Of a stretch of DNA of 64,000 nucleotides, positions 12,691 through 25,067 are shown piece by piece (position 1 is the first letter of the stretch; each line of letters opens with the position of its first letter). A program made the position numbers and the translations under genes. The notes beneath the pieces are model-generated. The model was not told the DNA's origin. It was given only the letters and a program-made list of their open reading frames with translations, and did not search any database. This stretch comes from Takakia lepidozioides (lineage: Eukaryota > Plantae > Bryophyta), in NCBI GenBank assembly GCA_030704615.1, contig CM060734.1:16802001-16866000 (forward strand). The letters are read 5' to 3'.

Positions 12691-14499
12691 GCGGAGCGGC
12701 GCTCCGCCCTCCCACCATGATCTTGTCTATGGCTTAGCAAGGTTTTAGTTATGACTATCTTCTAGGGTTCCGCCAAACTCCTAATCTCCGCGTCTTCCTA
12801 AGCTCTCCAGACTAGCGGTTCCGCTTACTTACTAGTGTCTCTATATTTAACCATGGCCGCCGTCATGGCCTCTGCTACCTCTCAATGTGCTCCCACGGGG
12901 CGGTCTCACCGCCTTACCCCTTGCTTTAGCAATGCTTCTTACTGCTGGATCATAGCGCTTCTTTTGAGCTCCCCCTTGGTGGATTCCGACAGCAAACAGT
13001 CACCATATGACTCGTGAGGTTTTGAGCTTTAAGTTGTCTCCCTGCGATGAAGATCCCTTACGCGAGTGGGTGCTCTTCCACCCCCCCTCTCTGTATCAGA
13101 AAAGGATCTACATTACGACGAGCGCTACTGCAACGGCTCATCATCTTTTATGGCTTATCTTGATGAAAGGTGCTTTTCAGAGCAAGCTTGGGATGTCCTT
13201 GGAACCCCCGTTTTACTACGACAGCACTGCGGACCCCCCTTTTTTCACCATTGTCACTTGCGAGCTTCTGCCACATCCTCTCCAACGAAGGCTTACAGTA
13301 TACACTATCTCCCACAATCAGCTACCTCACCTCAGTTCTGCGCTTCTTCCCAATAGGTTTTTGTGGCTTTTTACTCTAGTTATGTCCCCCTGGGGGATGT
13401 TAAGAAGGCCCCCCGACCTTGATCTGAAGAAGCTTGACACGACATTTTTGGCGATTTTCAAACCGAAGTGCCTTCATCAAATTCAACAGATCACACCGGC
13501 CAGATCACATGTTGCGCAGACAACCAAGCAATGTGCTTGGAGATCCTCCTCTTATATCTCCTTTTCGCTGCAAAGACGAGACATGCATATCACCCTCCCG
13601 CACCTCTAGCACACTATCAAAGGTGCACACTCTCCATGTGGTCCCTGCAAGCTTCGACGACCTCTGGCAATTGGCATTGCTGCCCCCAACCGATGGTGTG
13701 ATGACAAGGTGTCGCCCTTAGTTGTTGCATGGGCACCCTCCTGGAGCCTTGAAGGGCAAACGCGGGCTTGGGAGTTAGGACCGCCCCCGACCACTCAATG
13801 TTCTTTGCTCACCGACCGCATACACAAAACACCAACATGCCTTTTCTAGGGAGTTCTCGCAAGATCTTGGACAACTTGCTTGTCGGAACAAGAAATGGCT
13901 GCTGCCCCCCTCAAATCTCCGTTTGCTCTCTCCTCCCGCCAATCCAGCAAATCAGGTGCTGCTCCCTTCCCCTTTCTCGTATACACACGGGTAATAAGTA
14001 CTACGTACACAGAGAAAGCTTCGACGTGAGCAATGGTCGCTGCCAAGATAATGTTTTTCAAACATGTGAAGGATATTGTAGTGATGACAAACCAACAAGA
14101 GACAGCAGCGAAATGGATGCATCCCGGTTCATTACTGATAGTAGCAGAGGGTCCATGATTATGGAGTCTGGAAGATCTGCAGATCTCCAATGCCAACCTT
14201 TGAAGAAATCCTTGCTGATTAGGCCTCTCATCTCAAATACCACAGCGCAACCTGCTGCAATCATGGAGAAGCTGCAGCTCGCATACTCCCCCAGGCTTCC
14301 TTGGTACAGTAAGGCACACACAATCAGTACCTGCAATGATTCTTCTGGTCACCCACTTGCTCCTTCAACCCCGACGGCCATGCAAGCAACACCCCCCATG
14401 CCAAGGTCTGATCAGACTTCGATATCAAAACCCATGGAACCACTTGCACATCAGCCTACAACTCAACAATCTTCCCCACAAACCCTACCAGCTTTGTCA

Positions 14500-16155
14500 C
14501 TCCAATACATGACACCCAACCACAACACGTTTGTGTGCATCTGCAATGCGTGTGCAAGCCTGACAACTCTAGAAGAGGGCAAAGAGGTCCATGACGACAG
14601 TGTCAGAGCTGGAATCGTACCAAATGTCATTCTGAACAATACCCTTGGGGACATGTATGCCAAATGTGAGTGCAGCGAGGATGCACAAGTAGTTCTCAAC
14701 ACTATAGCTGAACGAGACAAGGTGCGATGGAGCGCATTGCTTGCAGAGTATGCACAGCAAGGACATGGTATAGAGGCCTTGGACACCAATGATCAGATGA
14801 TGAGGGGAGGGGTGAAGCCCAACCACGACGTATGTGTGCATTTACAATGCTTGTGCAAGCCTGGCAGCCCTGGGAAAGCGCAAAGAAGTGCATGTTGACA
14901 TCTTCAAAGCAGGAGTTGTACCAAATGCTATTCTGAACACTGCCATGGCAGCTCTGGAAGAGGGCAAAGAGGTCCATGGAGACATCGTCCGAGCTGGAAT
15001 TGTACAAATTGTCACTCTGAACAATACCCTAGCGGACATGTATGCAAAATGTGGGTGCATAGAGGATGCAAAAGGAGGCCGGTTCGACACTATGGCTGAA
15101 CGAGATGTATTGGGGTCATGGAATGTGATGCTTGCAGGGTTTACACAACGGGGACGTAGTATGGTGGCTTTGGAGACCTATGATCAAATGATGGGGAAGG
15201 GGTGAAACTCGATCACAACACGTTTATGTGCATTTGCAATTCTTGTGCAAGCCTGGCAGCTCTGGAAGAGGGCAACGAGGTCCATGTCAACATTGTCAGA
15301 GCTGGAATTGTACCAAATGTCATTCTGAACAATACCCTTGGGGACATGTATGCCAATAGTGGGTGCAGCGAGGATGCAAAGGTAGTTTTCAACACTAGGG
15401 CTGAACGAGACAAGGTGTCGTGGAACGCGTTGCTTGCAGGGTATGCACAACAAGGATGTGGTATGGAGGCCTTGGACACCAATGATCAGATGATGGGGGG
15501 AGGGGGGAAGCCCCACGACGTATGTGTGCATTTGCAATGCTTGTGCAAGCCTGGCAGCCCTGGGAAAGCGTAAAGAGGTGCCTGTTGACATCTTCAAAGC
15601 AGGAGTTGTACCAAATGCCATTCTGAACACTGCCCTGGCAGCTCTGGAAGAGGGCAAAGAGGTCCATGGAGACATCGTCAGAGCTGGAATTGTACCAACT
15701 GTCATTCTGAACAATACCCTGGTGGACATGTATGCAAAATGTGGGTGCATAAAGGATGCAAATGGAGGATTCGACACTATGGCTGAACGAGATGTACGAG
15801 GATCGTGGAATGCGATGCTTGCAAGGTTTACATGGCAGGGACGTGGTATGGAGGCTTTGGAGACCTATGATCAAATGATGGGGGAAGGGGTGAAACTCGA
15901 TCACAACACGTCTATGTGCATTTGCAATTCCTGTGCAAGCCTGGCAGCTCTGGAAGAGGGCAACGAGGTCCACGGCAACATTATCAGAGCTGTACCAAAT
16001 GCCATTATGAACATTACCCTTGTGGATATGTATGCCAAATGTGGGTGCTTCGAGGATGCAAAGGGAGTTTTCAACACTAGGCTGAACAAGACATGGTGTC
16101 GGGGAACGCGATGCTTGCAGGCTATGCACAGCAGGGACGTGGTATGGAGGCTTTG
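14500..16155 (+). pseudogene. PLS-class pentatricopeptide repeat (PPR) gene fragment, tandemly duplicated and frameshifted
   Basis: Repeated motifs TFVCICNACASLAALEEGKEVH, NVILNNTLVDMYAKCGCIEDA and RDKVSWNALLAGYAQQG; roughly 690-bp internal duplication; several frameshifts; no E/DYW domain seen. Confidence 0.92.
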
Positions 16156-16229
16156 GTGCCTCCCAACCCCATCAGGCATGATCTCACCCTTCTCAATTGT
16201 AAATCTGTTTTCACTAGACCAGCCTGTAG

Positions 16230-18820
16230 TTTGGGCACCTTGCAAGCATGCAATCAAGTAACCCTCTTGGGCATGACAAAGCATATTGCAGCCTCATTCT
16301 TTACCATTTGTAATTACCCCAAGACATGCATCATGCAAGGCCCCTTGGGTAGGTAAGAACAGCCTGCCATACTACAGATTCAAGACATGTATACACAAGC
16401 ATCTTGATGGACCAGCCTACAGTTTTTCAGTTTCCAAACATGCAACCAAGTAACCCTCTTGGGCATGACAAGACAGATTGCAGCCTCATTCTATACCATT
16501 CATAATTGCCCCAAGACATGCATCATGCAAGGCATCTTGGGAATGGAAGAACGGCCTACCATATTACAGATTCAAGACATGGACACGCAAACATCTTGAG
16601 TGTCCGGGACCAAGCCCTCTTGGCCAAAAAATAATCCATACATTGCAGGTAACTGGCCTGATGGCAATACAAGGCTAATAATCTTTGACAAAGGTCCAGT
16701 AGAGCTTACCAACACTGTTTTCCAGGAGGCTTATGCTAGGGTTTGCAAATAAACCTCACTATGCTCCATTCCACACCAGATTCAGGTCTGAAAGAGGCTT
16801 GTCAGTGCCTTATCAGGCTGCCATCTTAAAAATCAGGGCCTCCTCTTCCTTAGAACCTGACAGCCACTGAGCCCTTACCCATAAAACTCACCTCCTCTTT
16901 AAGGCCAAAACAGTACCTAGCTTAATAATCCACAGGCACCGCTGTCAAAGATTACAAGACAAGGTAAGGTCTAGATGTTGGGCTTCAAGAAATAGGCCTG
17001 CCAGGCCGAAATGCTCCATCAAAGGCGGCAAAACATAAGTCAAAAGTAAGCATCAACATGCCAAACCAGGAGCAAGCGGGCCAAAATCGGGGCTACAGGC
17101 AGCAGCCAGGTCAAGACGCCATACACTATAGGCTCCCTTTGCCCACATCCATATCTGCAGGCTCAAGAGAATTCAAAGCAAGTAGGGATCCTCACCTGGT
17201 CCCATCACAAGCCCCCACAAAAACCAACAGGTTAGTGAGGATTGTGGAACCCCAGGTGAATCAGAGACCCCTACAATTGTCATCGATGTCAACTAAGAAC
17301 CTCTAAAGCGAGAGAGAAAGACATAAAACAAAAGGAACCCTAATCACCAAAAACACCTTGAGCGATTGAGGAAGAGAACTGTGCGCCATCACCACCAGCA
17401 AGCCACCTCCAGCAAAGCAAAGGAGAAGTGAAGCATACAAGCACACTTGCTAGGTTTAAGAAGGGAGAGAGAGATACTTCCCCACACAAGCGCCGCTGCA
17501 AAAATTAAAAGCCAGAGGAGGGAAAGAGACGATGAATTCACAGCATTGTCTCCCGCCTGTAAGAAAAAACAAAGCGCCGCCATTGCGCATCCCCAGGAGA
17601 TTGCCCAGCACGGGTACGATGCAGCAAACAGGGTAGTAGCAAAACGCAGACGCCATAACGCTCTTCCCGTGAGCTCGTGCTTCTGACGGCGGGAGAGACA
17701 TCCTAGGGCTCTTGCCCGATTTTTCATCCGTGCAGGATGAATAATCAACACCACATCCTTTTAAACCCGACGGATTTTATCCGTAGCTAGGTTAAACGGT
17801 AGGTTTAGGGTAGGGGTTAGGGTTTCACACCTTAACTAACCATAATTAGGGGTAATCAATATCAATCCAGGGCCATCAAAAGCTGTACACTTCATCCGGT
17901 TCAGATGAAAAAAATTATTGAGTTCATCTATTGGAAAAAGTCCAGTAGTAGGATGAAAAAACAGGAAATAACATCCAAGGCATCGGTTTTACATCCTTAC
18001 AGGTAATTCCACATCCCAAAAATGCCTCATCTGGTATGGATGAAAAAGCAATAAAAGAGGAATGAAAAAATTAATATCCTGGCATTTTTCATCCGGTATG
18101 GATGGAAAAATAGGATGCGAGTGGCAACCCCCACAGAGGTAATTTCTCATTCTATGGTGACTCATCCGGTACGGATGAAAGTCAATAAAAGAGGAATGAA
18201 AAATCAGAGACTCATCTTAGAGGTAATTCAGTGTCCACCCTGGTAGTTTCATCCGGTATGGATGAAAAATCATTATAGGACGGGTGAAAAAACTGCCAGA
18301 GTCCATCCGGTATGGATGAAAACACATGAAATTAACACTGATAAAACCGGCCAATTCCAAGGATGGAGGGAGACAGAGGGAGAGAGGGGGCAACAAAGAA
18401 AAAACAAAAAGGTGGGGGGGGGGAGTGACTGGGCAGCTGCTGCGTCACTCACCCCCCCCCCCCCCCAACCTTTTTCTTTTCTTTTTTGTTTCCTGATCTC
18501 TCCCTCTCACTCCCTCTCTCTGTCCTCTGTCCCTCTCCCTCCCTCTCTCTCTCTCCTCTCTTTTGTGCTGCTCACAAAAAAAAACAAAGACCACAGAGGG
18601 AAAGAAGGGGTAGAAAAAGTTAGGAAGAGAGAGGGAAGATATTCATGTCATGTCAAAACATGGACAAGACCCTACTAGGGTCATTGTCAATTAAAAACAT
18701 AAACAGCCCAAAACAGGGCACCATCTAACATTTCCATTCTTGTCATAGCTTCCCATGAATTGACATCACCCAATCATTCTTGATAAAACAGGGTGGGAGG
18801 GCGGGGTTTGTTCATGTACA
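16230..18820. repeat. Unclassified repeat unit of about 2.4 kb, copy 1 (telo-box, CATCCGGTATGGATG array, CT-rich tract)
   Basis: Colinear homology with 25068-27335 (e.g. GATCCTCACCTGGTCCCATCACAAGCCCCCACAAAA; GGTGGGAGGGCGGGGTTTGTTC). Confidence 0.8.
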
Positions 18821-18825
18821 GGTCA

Positions 18826-19505
18826 TGTCGCGCACCTCACTTCGGTAAGCTCCCCCCTCAAGTCATAGTTACTCGCTTGATGCGCGCGCCTAACTCCCAA
18901 CCTGGCCGCCAGGCCAACTTGGAGCTTCGGCTGCTCACCGGGACATAACGGTCCCCCCTTGATCTCCAAAAGAACCCTCCAACGATTTAAAACCAGCGGA
19001 ATTCCCTTTGGTAGTTGGCAGTCCGGAACAGCTCCCCACTCTTTGGTCGCTTTCCGGCTCGCTCGCTTACTCACTAGCTTTTAGTCACCAACGGGCTTGC
19101 ACCATTCTCGGGGTTACTACTCCCTATATATACTTCTGTAGCTGTCCGCGGGGGTTTCACAAACAACCAAGCCATTTTATGGCGAACCACCACGAACACC
19201 CTCGACTCCCAGTGATGAGTCGCGGTGAGTCTTGGCCCACCCACCACTGCCCCTATGGACCGTGATGAGTCCCAAGACTCCCCACGACTTCCACCACGAG
19301 GTCTCCGCCCCAGGGTGAGTCCTATGCCACCCCCACCGCAACCCGGTGTGCGGGGCTCCACCTAGTGAGCGCCTCCCCCTCCTTGTGTGCCTTGGGCTCT
19401 CAAGGGTGCTTCAGCCCCCCATACCTATCGCTGCCACTGCCCCCACCATAGGGGCAGCCCCTCTTGTGTCCCGACCCCCTGCCCTCAAGGCAAAGGGCCG
19501 CGACA
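18826..19505 (-). repeat. 3' LTR of chromovirus copy 1 (680 bp)
   Basis: TG..CA termini; near-identical to 24338-25062 apart from a 45-bp deletion between GCCACCCCCAC direct repeats. Confidence 0.95.
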
Positions 19506-20411
19506 CACACCCCTACCAACAGGGAGTCGATGTCCTCATCGGCTTGTCCATTTTGTGGAAACGAACATCCAAGTTGTGGCATCCCACATCAAGGAGTTTG
19601 TTTCCGTACCATGGCGTCCCATGGCAAAGAACCAAACCCCACACTTGACTCTACTCTCCACTAGCTAGCTCGGCCAACTTCCTCCAAGTCCCGGCCAAGG
19701 GTGGAGCCTCTCAAGCTCCTCCCACTGCACTCTTCTTGGCCTACTTCAAGGCCAAGGAACGATCCTCCCCGAGGATCGAATCGCCTTACAACAACAACAT
19801 TGCTTGCGACCGCTCATGATGCCGCTTTTGGCATCACCTCGAGTAAGGGTTCACCTCGAACCCTCTTTGACTAGGAAGGTAACCTTGAACCAACCGCGCG
19901 CCCCAATCACTACAATTGGGTCCGCTTTGGAATGCTGGCCTGAGGTACGGGAACACGCCGAAGCCGCACTACGACTTCATCCCGAGGCTACACGATTATA
20001 GTACGTGAATGGAAGCGCGTAGCTTCCGCATTTAGCCTGCACTACAAAGCAACCCCCTCGGTAGCGCAGTTATAGTATGCGCACGCGCCAAGTGCGCACT
20101 AGCACGTGAACTCCTAAAGAAGGCGCAAGTTTCCTTGCCCCTTGGATGGGAGTCACCCGATTTCGGCACTGCGCAAACACACGATTAACCCAATTTACCT
20201 CTCCCACTTTTGTAAGCTAGCATGCATTCTACACAGTAGCCAACACACCATGCATCGCCATTCCAAACAAAATAGGACGCACAACATTTGGAACCCATTT
20301 CCTTTATAACAAATATTTATACAATACAAGTTTTTGCAATCGGATTCATAAGCTAGCTAAGCCGGGCTAAGCATGCATTTCCTCCCCCACGCTCCAAGGT
20401 TGATGTCCCCA

Positions 20412-21760
20412 TCAATGCTTCTTCCGCTTTTGAGGTCGCCCTTCGAAAACTGCAACCGCCTCGGATGCGTTTCCCATTTCTGAGGCACGCACCCAAGATG
20501 CCTCCATATGATGATAGCCCTTCCATTTGACGAGATACTCCGTTACTCGGTTCTTGAACCTCCTTGACTTAAGTACTGCCTCCACCTCGTACTCAGGTTC
20601 ATTTTCATGATCCAACAACACAGGTGGCGGACGCAACATTTGATGCCGATTCGGACGCGCTTCATCTTTGAAGTAAGGCTTCAAAAGGGAGACGTGGAAT
20701 ACTGGATGCACCTTGTTGTTTGCCGACAGCTCCAATTCATACACATCCTCATTCATAACCTTCCGGATGCGAAAGGGTCCCGCATACGGAGGTACGAACT
20801 TTGGACTCACTTCCGGAGGTAGTCGGAAATTCTTGATGTTTAACCAGACCTCCGTGCCTGCCTCAAACTTCACTTTCCTCCGCTTCCGATTCGCCTGCCT
20901 TTCATACCGTTTCCTAGTTTTGGCAATGTTGTACTTTGCGAGCTTCAACAAACGTTCGCGTTCTTCCAGTACCGCCGCTACTGCCGGTTCCTCAACGTCC
21001 TGGGCGGCCCAACTTGTCGGCACTAGAGGTGCTTTTCCATAGACCAATACGAAAGGGGAAACTCCCGTTGTGGAGTGTTCTGTGTTATTATAACATAACT
21101 CTGCCGCGTCTAAGTGTTCCACCCAGTCTGTTTGGTCTGCCGACACGTAATTCCGCAAGATCTGCTTCACTACGGAATTCACTCTTTCCGTTTGGCCGTC
21201 GGTCGTAGGTCGGAAGGCGGTGCTCATCTTCAGCCTCGTCCCCATCTTCTTCCAAAGTGCTCTCCAAAATTTACTCGTAAACTTTGGATCGCGGTCCGAG
21301 ACAATATCCTTCGGGACTCCATGATGCTTTAAGACGTGGGCGAAGTAAAGTCGCCCTGTTTCTTGCGCCGTTGCCGTCTCCTTGGTGGGGATGAAATGAC
21401 CCATTTTACTGAACCTATCCACCACCACCATGATTGCATCGAATCCTTTTGACAGCGGCATAGCAGTCATGAAATCCATCGAGACGCTTTCCCAAGTCCC
21501 CTCTGGAATCGGCAAGGGTTGTAACAGCCCCACTTGCTTTTTGTACTCGTTTCGGTTTTGTTGGCATGTGGTGCATGTCTTGACATACTCCTCTGCCTCC
21601 TCCCTCAGTTTGGGCCAGAAATACTCTTTCTTCAAGAGTTCCGTCGTGGCCCGCAAGCGGGCTATCATGGCATTCTCTAAAGAGGCTATCTCTGATCCCT
21701 CCCTTCGGCACGTAGAGACGCTTTTGCTTATACCGGAGCAGTCCATTTTGCAAGTGGAAC
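20412..21760 (-). pseudogene. pol: Integrase with GPY/F motif and C-terminal chromodomain
   Basis: SMDF..VVVDRFSK..SDRD..TDGQTERVN; AGPFRI; YEVEAVLKSR..EYLVKWKGY..SW; small deletion in the HHCC finger. Confidence 0.93.
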
Positions 21761-22450
21761 TACGATTTAACCCCCATCCTCAAGTCCTGCATCACGGACT
21801 TCGCCAGCTCATCCTTCCGGCAAGCCTTCCGGATCTTCCTTTGGAGCGTCGTCTCGCCCCTGTACACCAACATGAGCTGCTGCTTTCTACTTAAGGCATC
21901 GGCCACCACATTGTCCCGTCCCGGTTTGTACTGGATATCCACGTCGAACACCGCCAAAGTATCTTGCCACCTAAGTTGTTTTGGGGACAACTTGGGCTGC
22001 GTGGCAAAATACTTCACCGTGACATTGTCCGTGAACACCTTCACTGGGTTGGAACCAACATAGTGGCGCCAAAGCTCAAGACATTGCACCACCACCAACT
22101 TTACCTTGTCCTGCACACGGTCTTCTCCTCATCTCCTTCCGCCACTCGAATTTGATGATAGCCGGAGCGCAGATCGATCCGGTTGAAATACTTCGCTCTT
22201 GCCAACCGATCGAAAAGGTCGTCGATCCTTGGCAAAGGGTACCGGTTTTTGATAGTCACCTTATTCAAAGCCCTGTAATCGACACACATCCGCAGCGTCC
22301 CATCCTTCTTGTTTGCGAATAGCACCTGGGCTCCGTAAGGTGACTTACTCGGCCGGATGTACCCCTTTGACATTAGATCTTTGAGCTGAGTCTTCAGCTC
22401 GACCAACTCTCTGTGGCTCAACCGGTAGGGCGCCTTGGCAGGCGGTTCCG
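21760..22450 (-). pseudogene. pol: Truncated RT fused to the C-terminal part of RNase H
   Basis: [27 protein letters not shown] joins directly to WRHY..FTDN..NVVADALSR; YxDD region missing. Confidence 0.88.
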
Positions 22451-24282
22451 ATCCCTATCACCTCAATCTTGTGGTCAACTCCTCTTTGCGGTGGCAAGCC
22501 GCTTGGTAAATCCTCCGGCATCACATCTTGGTATTTCTCCAAAATCCCCTTGATCCAATCTGGGCTCGGCTCCCCATCGCCTTCTCCCTTCACTTCTCTA
22601 ATATAGAGCAAAAAATGGGGCTCGTGTGCCTCCTCCACGGCCCACTCCCTTGCTGACAGGAGGTTTATTCGCCCTCCCACGGGTTTGGGCGTTTCCGACA
22701 CTCGTAAGACCTCGCCACCATTCCCACATGGCAGCGTGACTACTCTCTTGCGGCCATCTATGACCGCTCCGGATTTGCTCAAAAATGTCATCCCCAAAAT
22801 GAGATCCACTCCATCGATCTCGCAGATGGTGAAGTTCTCACGTCCCTCCCAACTCCCCAGTTGAAGAGGAACATCAAACGCCAACCTTGTCGCCAATTGC
22901 GGTTCTCCTTTGGCAGAACGCACCTCAATAGAGGCCCCCACGTCACTTGTCGGGAGTCCCAGCTTTTGTGCCGTTGCCAGTGTCATGAATGAGTGCGACG
23001 CTCCTGTGTCCACCAACAACGACACATTAGTTCCGGATATTATCCCATCCACGAACAATAACTGACTCCCTTTAGGTAAGGCGCCAGTTTCCTGATACAA
23101 CTCACAAGAAAATTTGTCTACCTTGCAAGTCCTGGCGACCACCGCTTCCACCAAGCGACTGATGGTATCTTCCGACAGCTCTGTGGTCGCCCGAGTCATG
23201 TTCAATTGCCAGGGCTTCGTGCACTTCTTGGCCATGTGCCCGGGCTCCCCGCAATTGAAACACACTCCATCAAAGGTCGCCTTCTGTCCGCCATAAGCCG
23301 CTCCACCCGCTTTTCCTTTCGAAGCACTGGGTGCCGCCTTGACTTGTGAAGGCCCTCCCTTCGATTTCCACATGCCATTGTCGCCGCGTGGCCTATCCCA
23401 CTTCTTTTCCGGTTGGAAGGAGTCACCTTCCCGCCGGGTCTTCTTGTGGTTCAGCTCGGTACGGCCTTGTCTTTCACCCTTAGGGACATCCGAGAAACAT
23501 TCAGCCCTCTCAATTGCCTCGTTCAAAGTCTTAGGTGGCTTCTCCTCCAACTTCCGCCTGGCCCATGGGGCCAGTCCCGCCACAAAGTTGAAGACCATTT
23601 CTGGTTATGCCATGTCCGCGACTTCGAGCAACAGCACATTGAAAGCCTAGACATATCCCCGAATGTCATCTGTTTGCTTCAAATTCCTCATCTTGTCCCG
23701 GGTGAGCCAGGACGCGTTGAGGGGCACAAACTGCCTCTTCATCAATTCCTTGAACCCACTCCAGTTCAAGGTTTCCGGGCTTGGACCTCGGTCGTGAAGG
23801 CGTTTTTGCCACCATTGTTGAGCATAGCCCCTCAAATAGGTGGGAGCCACTTCCACCCGGTCCTCGTCACTCAACTTGGCCGCCCGGAAGTACTGCTCCA
23901 GCTCCAAGAGCCAGGTGTTGAGTGCCTTCCGATTTTGGACGCCCTCGAAGGTGCCGGGTTCCTTCGGCTTCACCTTAAACTTTGCCTTAGTGGAAGTGGT
24001 ATTAGCCGCCTTCAATACGTCTTTCAACGTCCCGCCAAATTGCGCCAACAACCCTTCCCAAAAGGCTGCCGGCATAGGAGGCATCTGTTGGTCGGTCGGA
24101 GCTCTCAAGGATTCCTCTGGCTCCGACTCCTCAGATTCCTCCCGCTCTTGAGTGGCCTCGTTTTCGGAAACATGCATCGCTTCCTCAAACGGCCGCATCG
24201 GTGACACGTCGCCCCCATCGGGCTCACCAGGATCATCATCTTTTGGGCCGTTCCGCTTTCGCTTTGGCTTGCCCAACCCCAT
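22450..24282 (-). pseudogene. gag: Gag (capsid, CCHC knuckle) and aspartic protease
   Basis: WLLELEQYF..YLRGYAQQWW; CFNCGEPGHMAKKC; LLVDTGASHSF; internal stop at 23647. Confidence 0.93.
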
Positions 24283-24337
24283 GATGAGGCCAATCCCAAG
24301 GACGATCGCGTACTAAACTCTAAGCTCTGATACCAAG

Positions 24338-25062
24338 TGTCGCGCACCTCACTTTGGTAAGCTCCCCCCTCAAGTCATAGTTACTCGCTTGATGCGCGCG
24401 CCTAACTCCCAACCTGGCCGCCGGGCCAACTTGGAGCTTCGTCTGCTCACCGGGACATAACGGTCCCCCCTTGATCTCCCAAAGAACCCTCCAACGATTT
24501 AGAACCAGCGGAATTCCCTTTGGTAGTTGGCAGTCCGGAATAGCTCCCCACTCTTTGGTCGCTTTCCGGCTCGCTCGCTTACTCACTAGCTTTTGGTCAC
24601 CAACGGGCTTGCACCGTTCTCGGGGTTACTACTCCCTATATATACTTCTGTAGCTGTCCGCGGGGGTTTCACAAACAACCATGCCATTTTATGGCGAACC
24701 ACCACGAACACCCTCGACTCCCGGTGATGAGTCGCGGTGAGTCTTGGCCCACCCACCACGGCCCCTATGGACCATGATGAGTCCCAAGACTCCCCACGAC
24801 TCCCACCACGAGGTCTCCGCCCCAGGGTGAGTCCTATGCCACCCCCACTAAGTCCCGCTAAGCTACCACCACCCCTTGTGGAGCCACCCCCACCGCAACC
24901 CGGTGTGCGGGGCTCCGCCTAGTGAGCGCCTCCGCCTCCTTGAGTGCCTTGGGCTCTCAAGGGTGCTTCAGCCCCCCATACCTATCGCTGCCACTGCCCC
25001 CACCACAGGGGCAGCCCCTCTTGTGTCCCGACCCCCTGCCCTCAAGGCAAAGGGCCGCGACA
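24338..25062 (-). repeat. 5' LTR of chromovirus copy 1 (725 bp)
   Basis: Adjacent to the iMet PBS; TG..CA termini. Confidence 0.95.
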
Positions 25063-25067
25063 GCTCA

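Larger units (their letters stand above)
18826..25062 (-). mobile_element. Ty3/gypsy chromovirus LTR retrotransposon with both LTRs, internally deleted
   Basis: LTRs 18826-19505 and 24338-25062 with TGTCGCG..CGCGACA ends; TSD GGTCA/GCTCA (1 mismatch); tRNA-iMet PBS TGGTATCAGAGC (24324-24335, minus); PPT next to 19506; gag-PR-RT-RH-INT-chromodomain order. Confidence 0.96.

Noticed and set aside
13007-14500. Protein-coding gene from ORFs 13007-13609 and the start of 13768-14898
   Set aside because: No recognisable domain in any frame; could not support a product call.
17800-17830. Telomere or interstitial telomeric array
   Set aside because: Only 2-3 degenerate TTAGGG-like units within a larger repeat; a telo-box at most.
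23413-24204. 263-aa antisense ORF and similar ORFs opposite gag/pol or within LTRs
   Set aside because: Shadow frames of GC-rich retroelement sequence with no independent motifs.
24324-24335. tRNA-Met gene
   Set aside because: Only the 12-nt complement of the tRNA 3' end, i.e. a retrotransposon primer-binding site.
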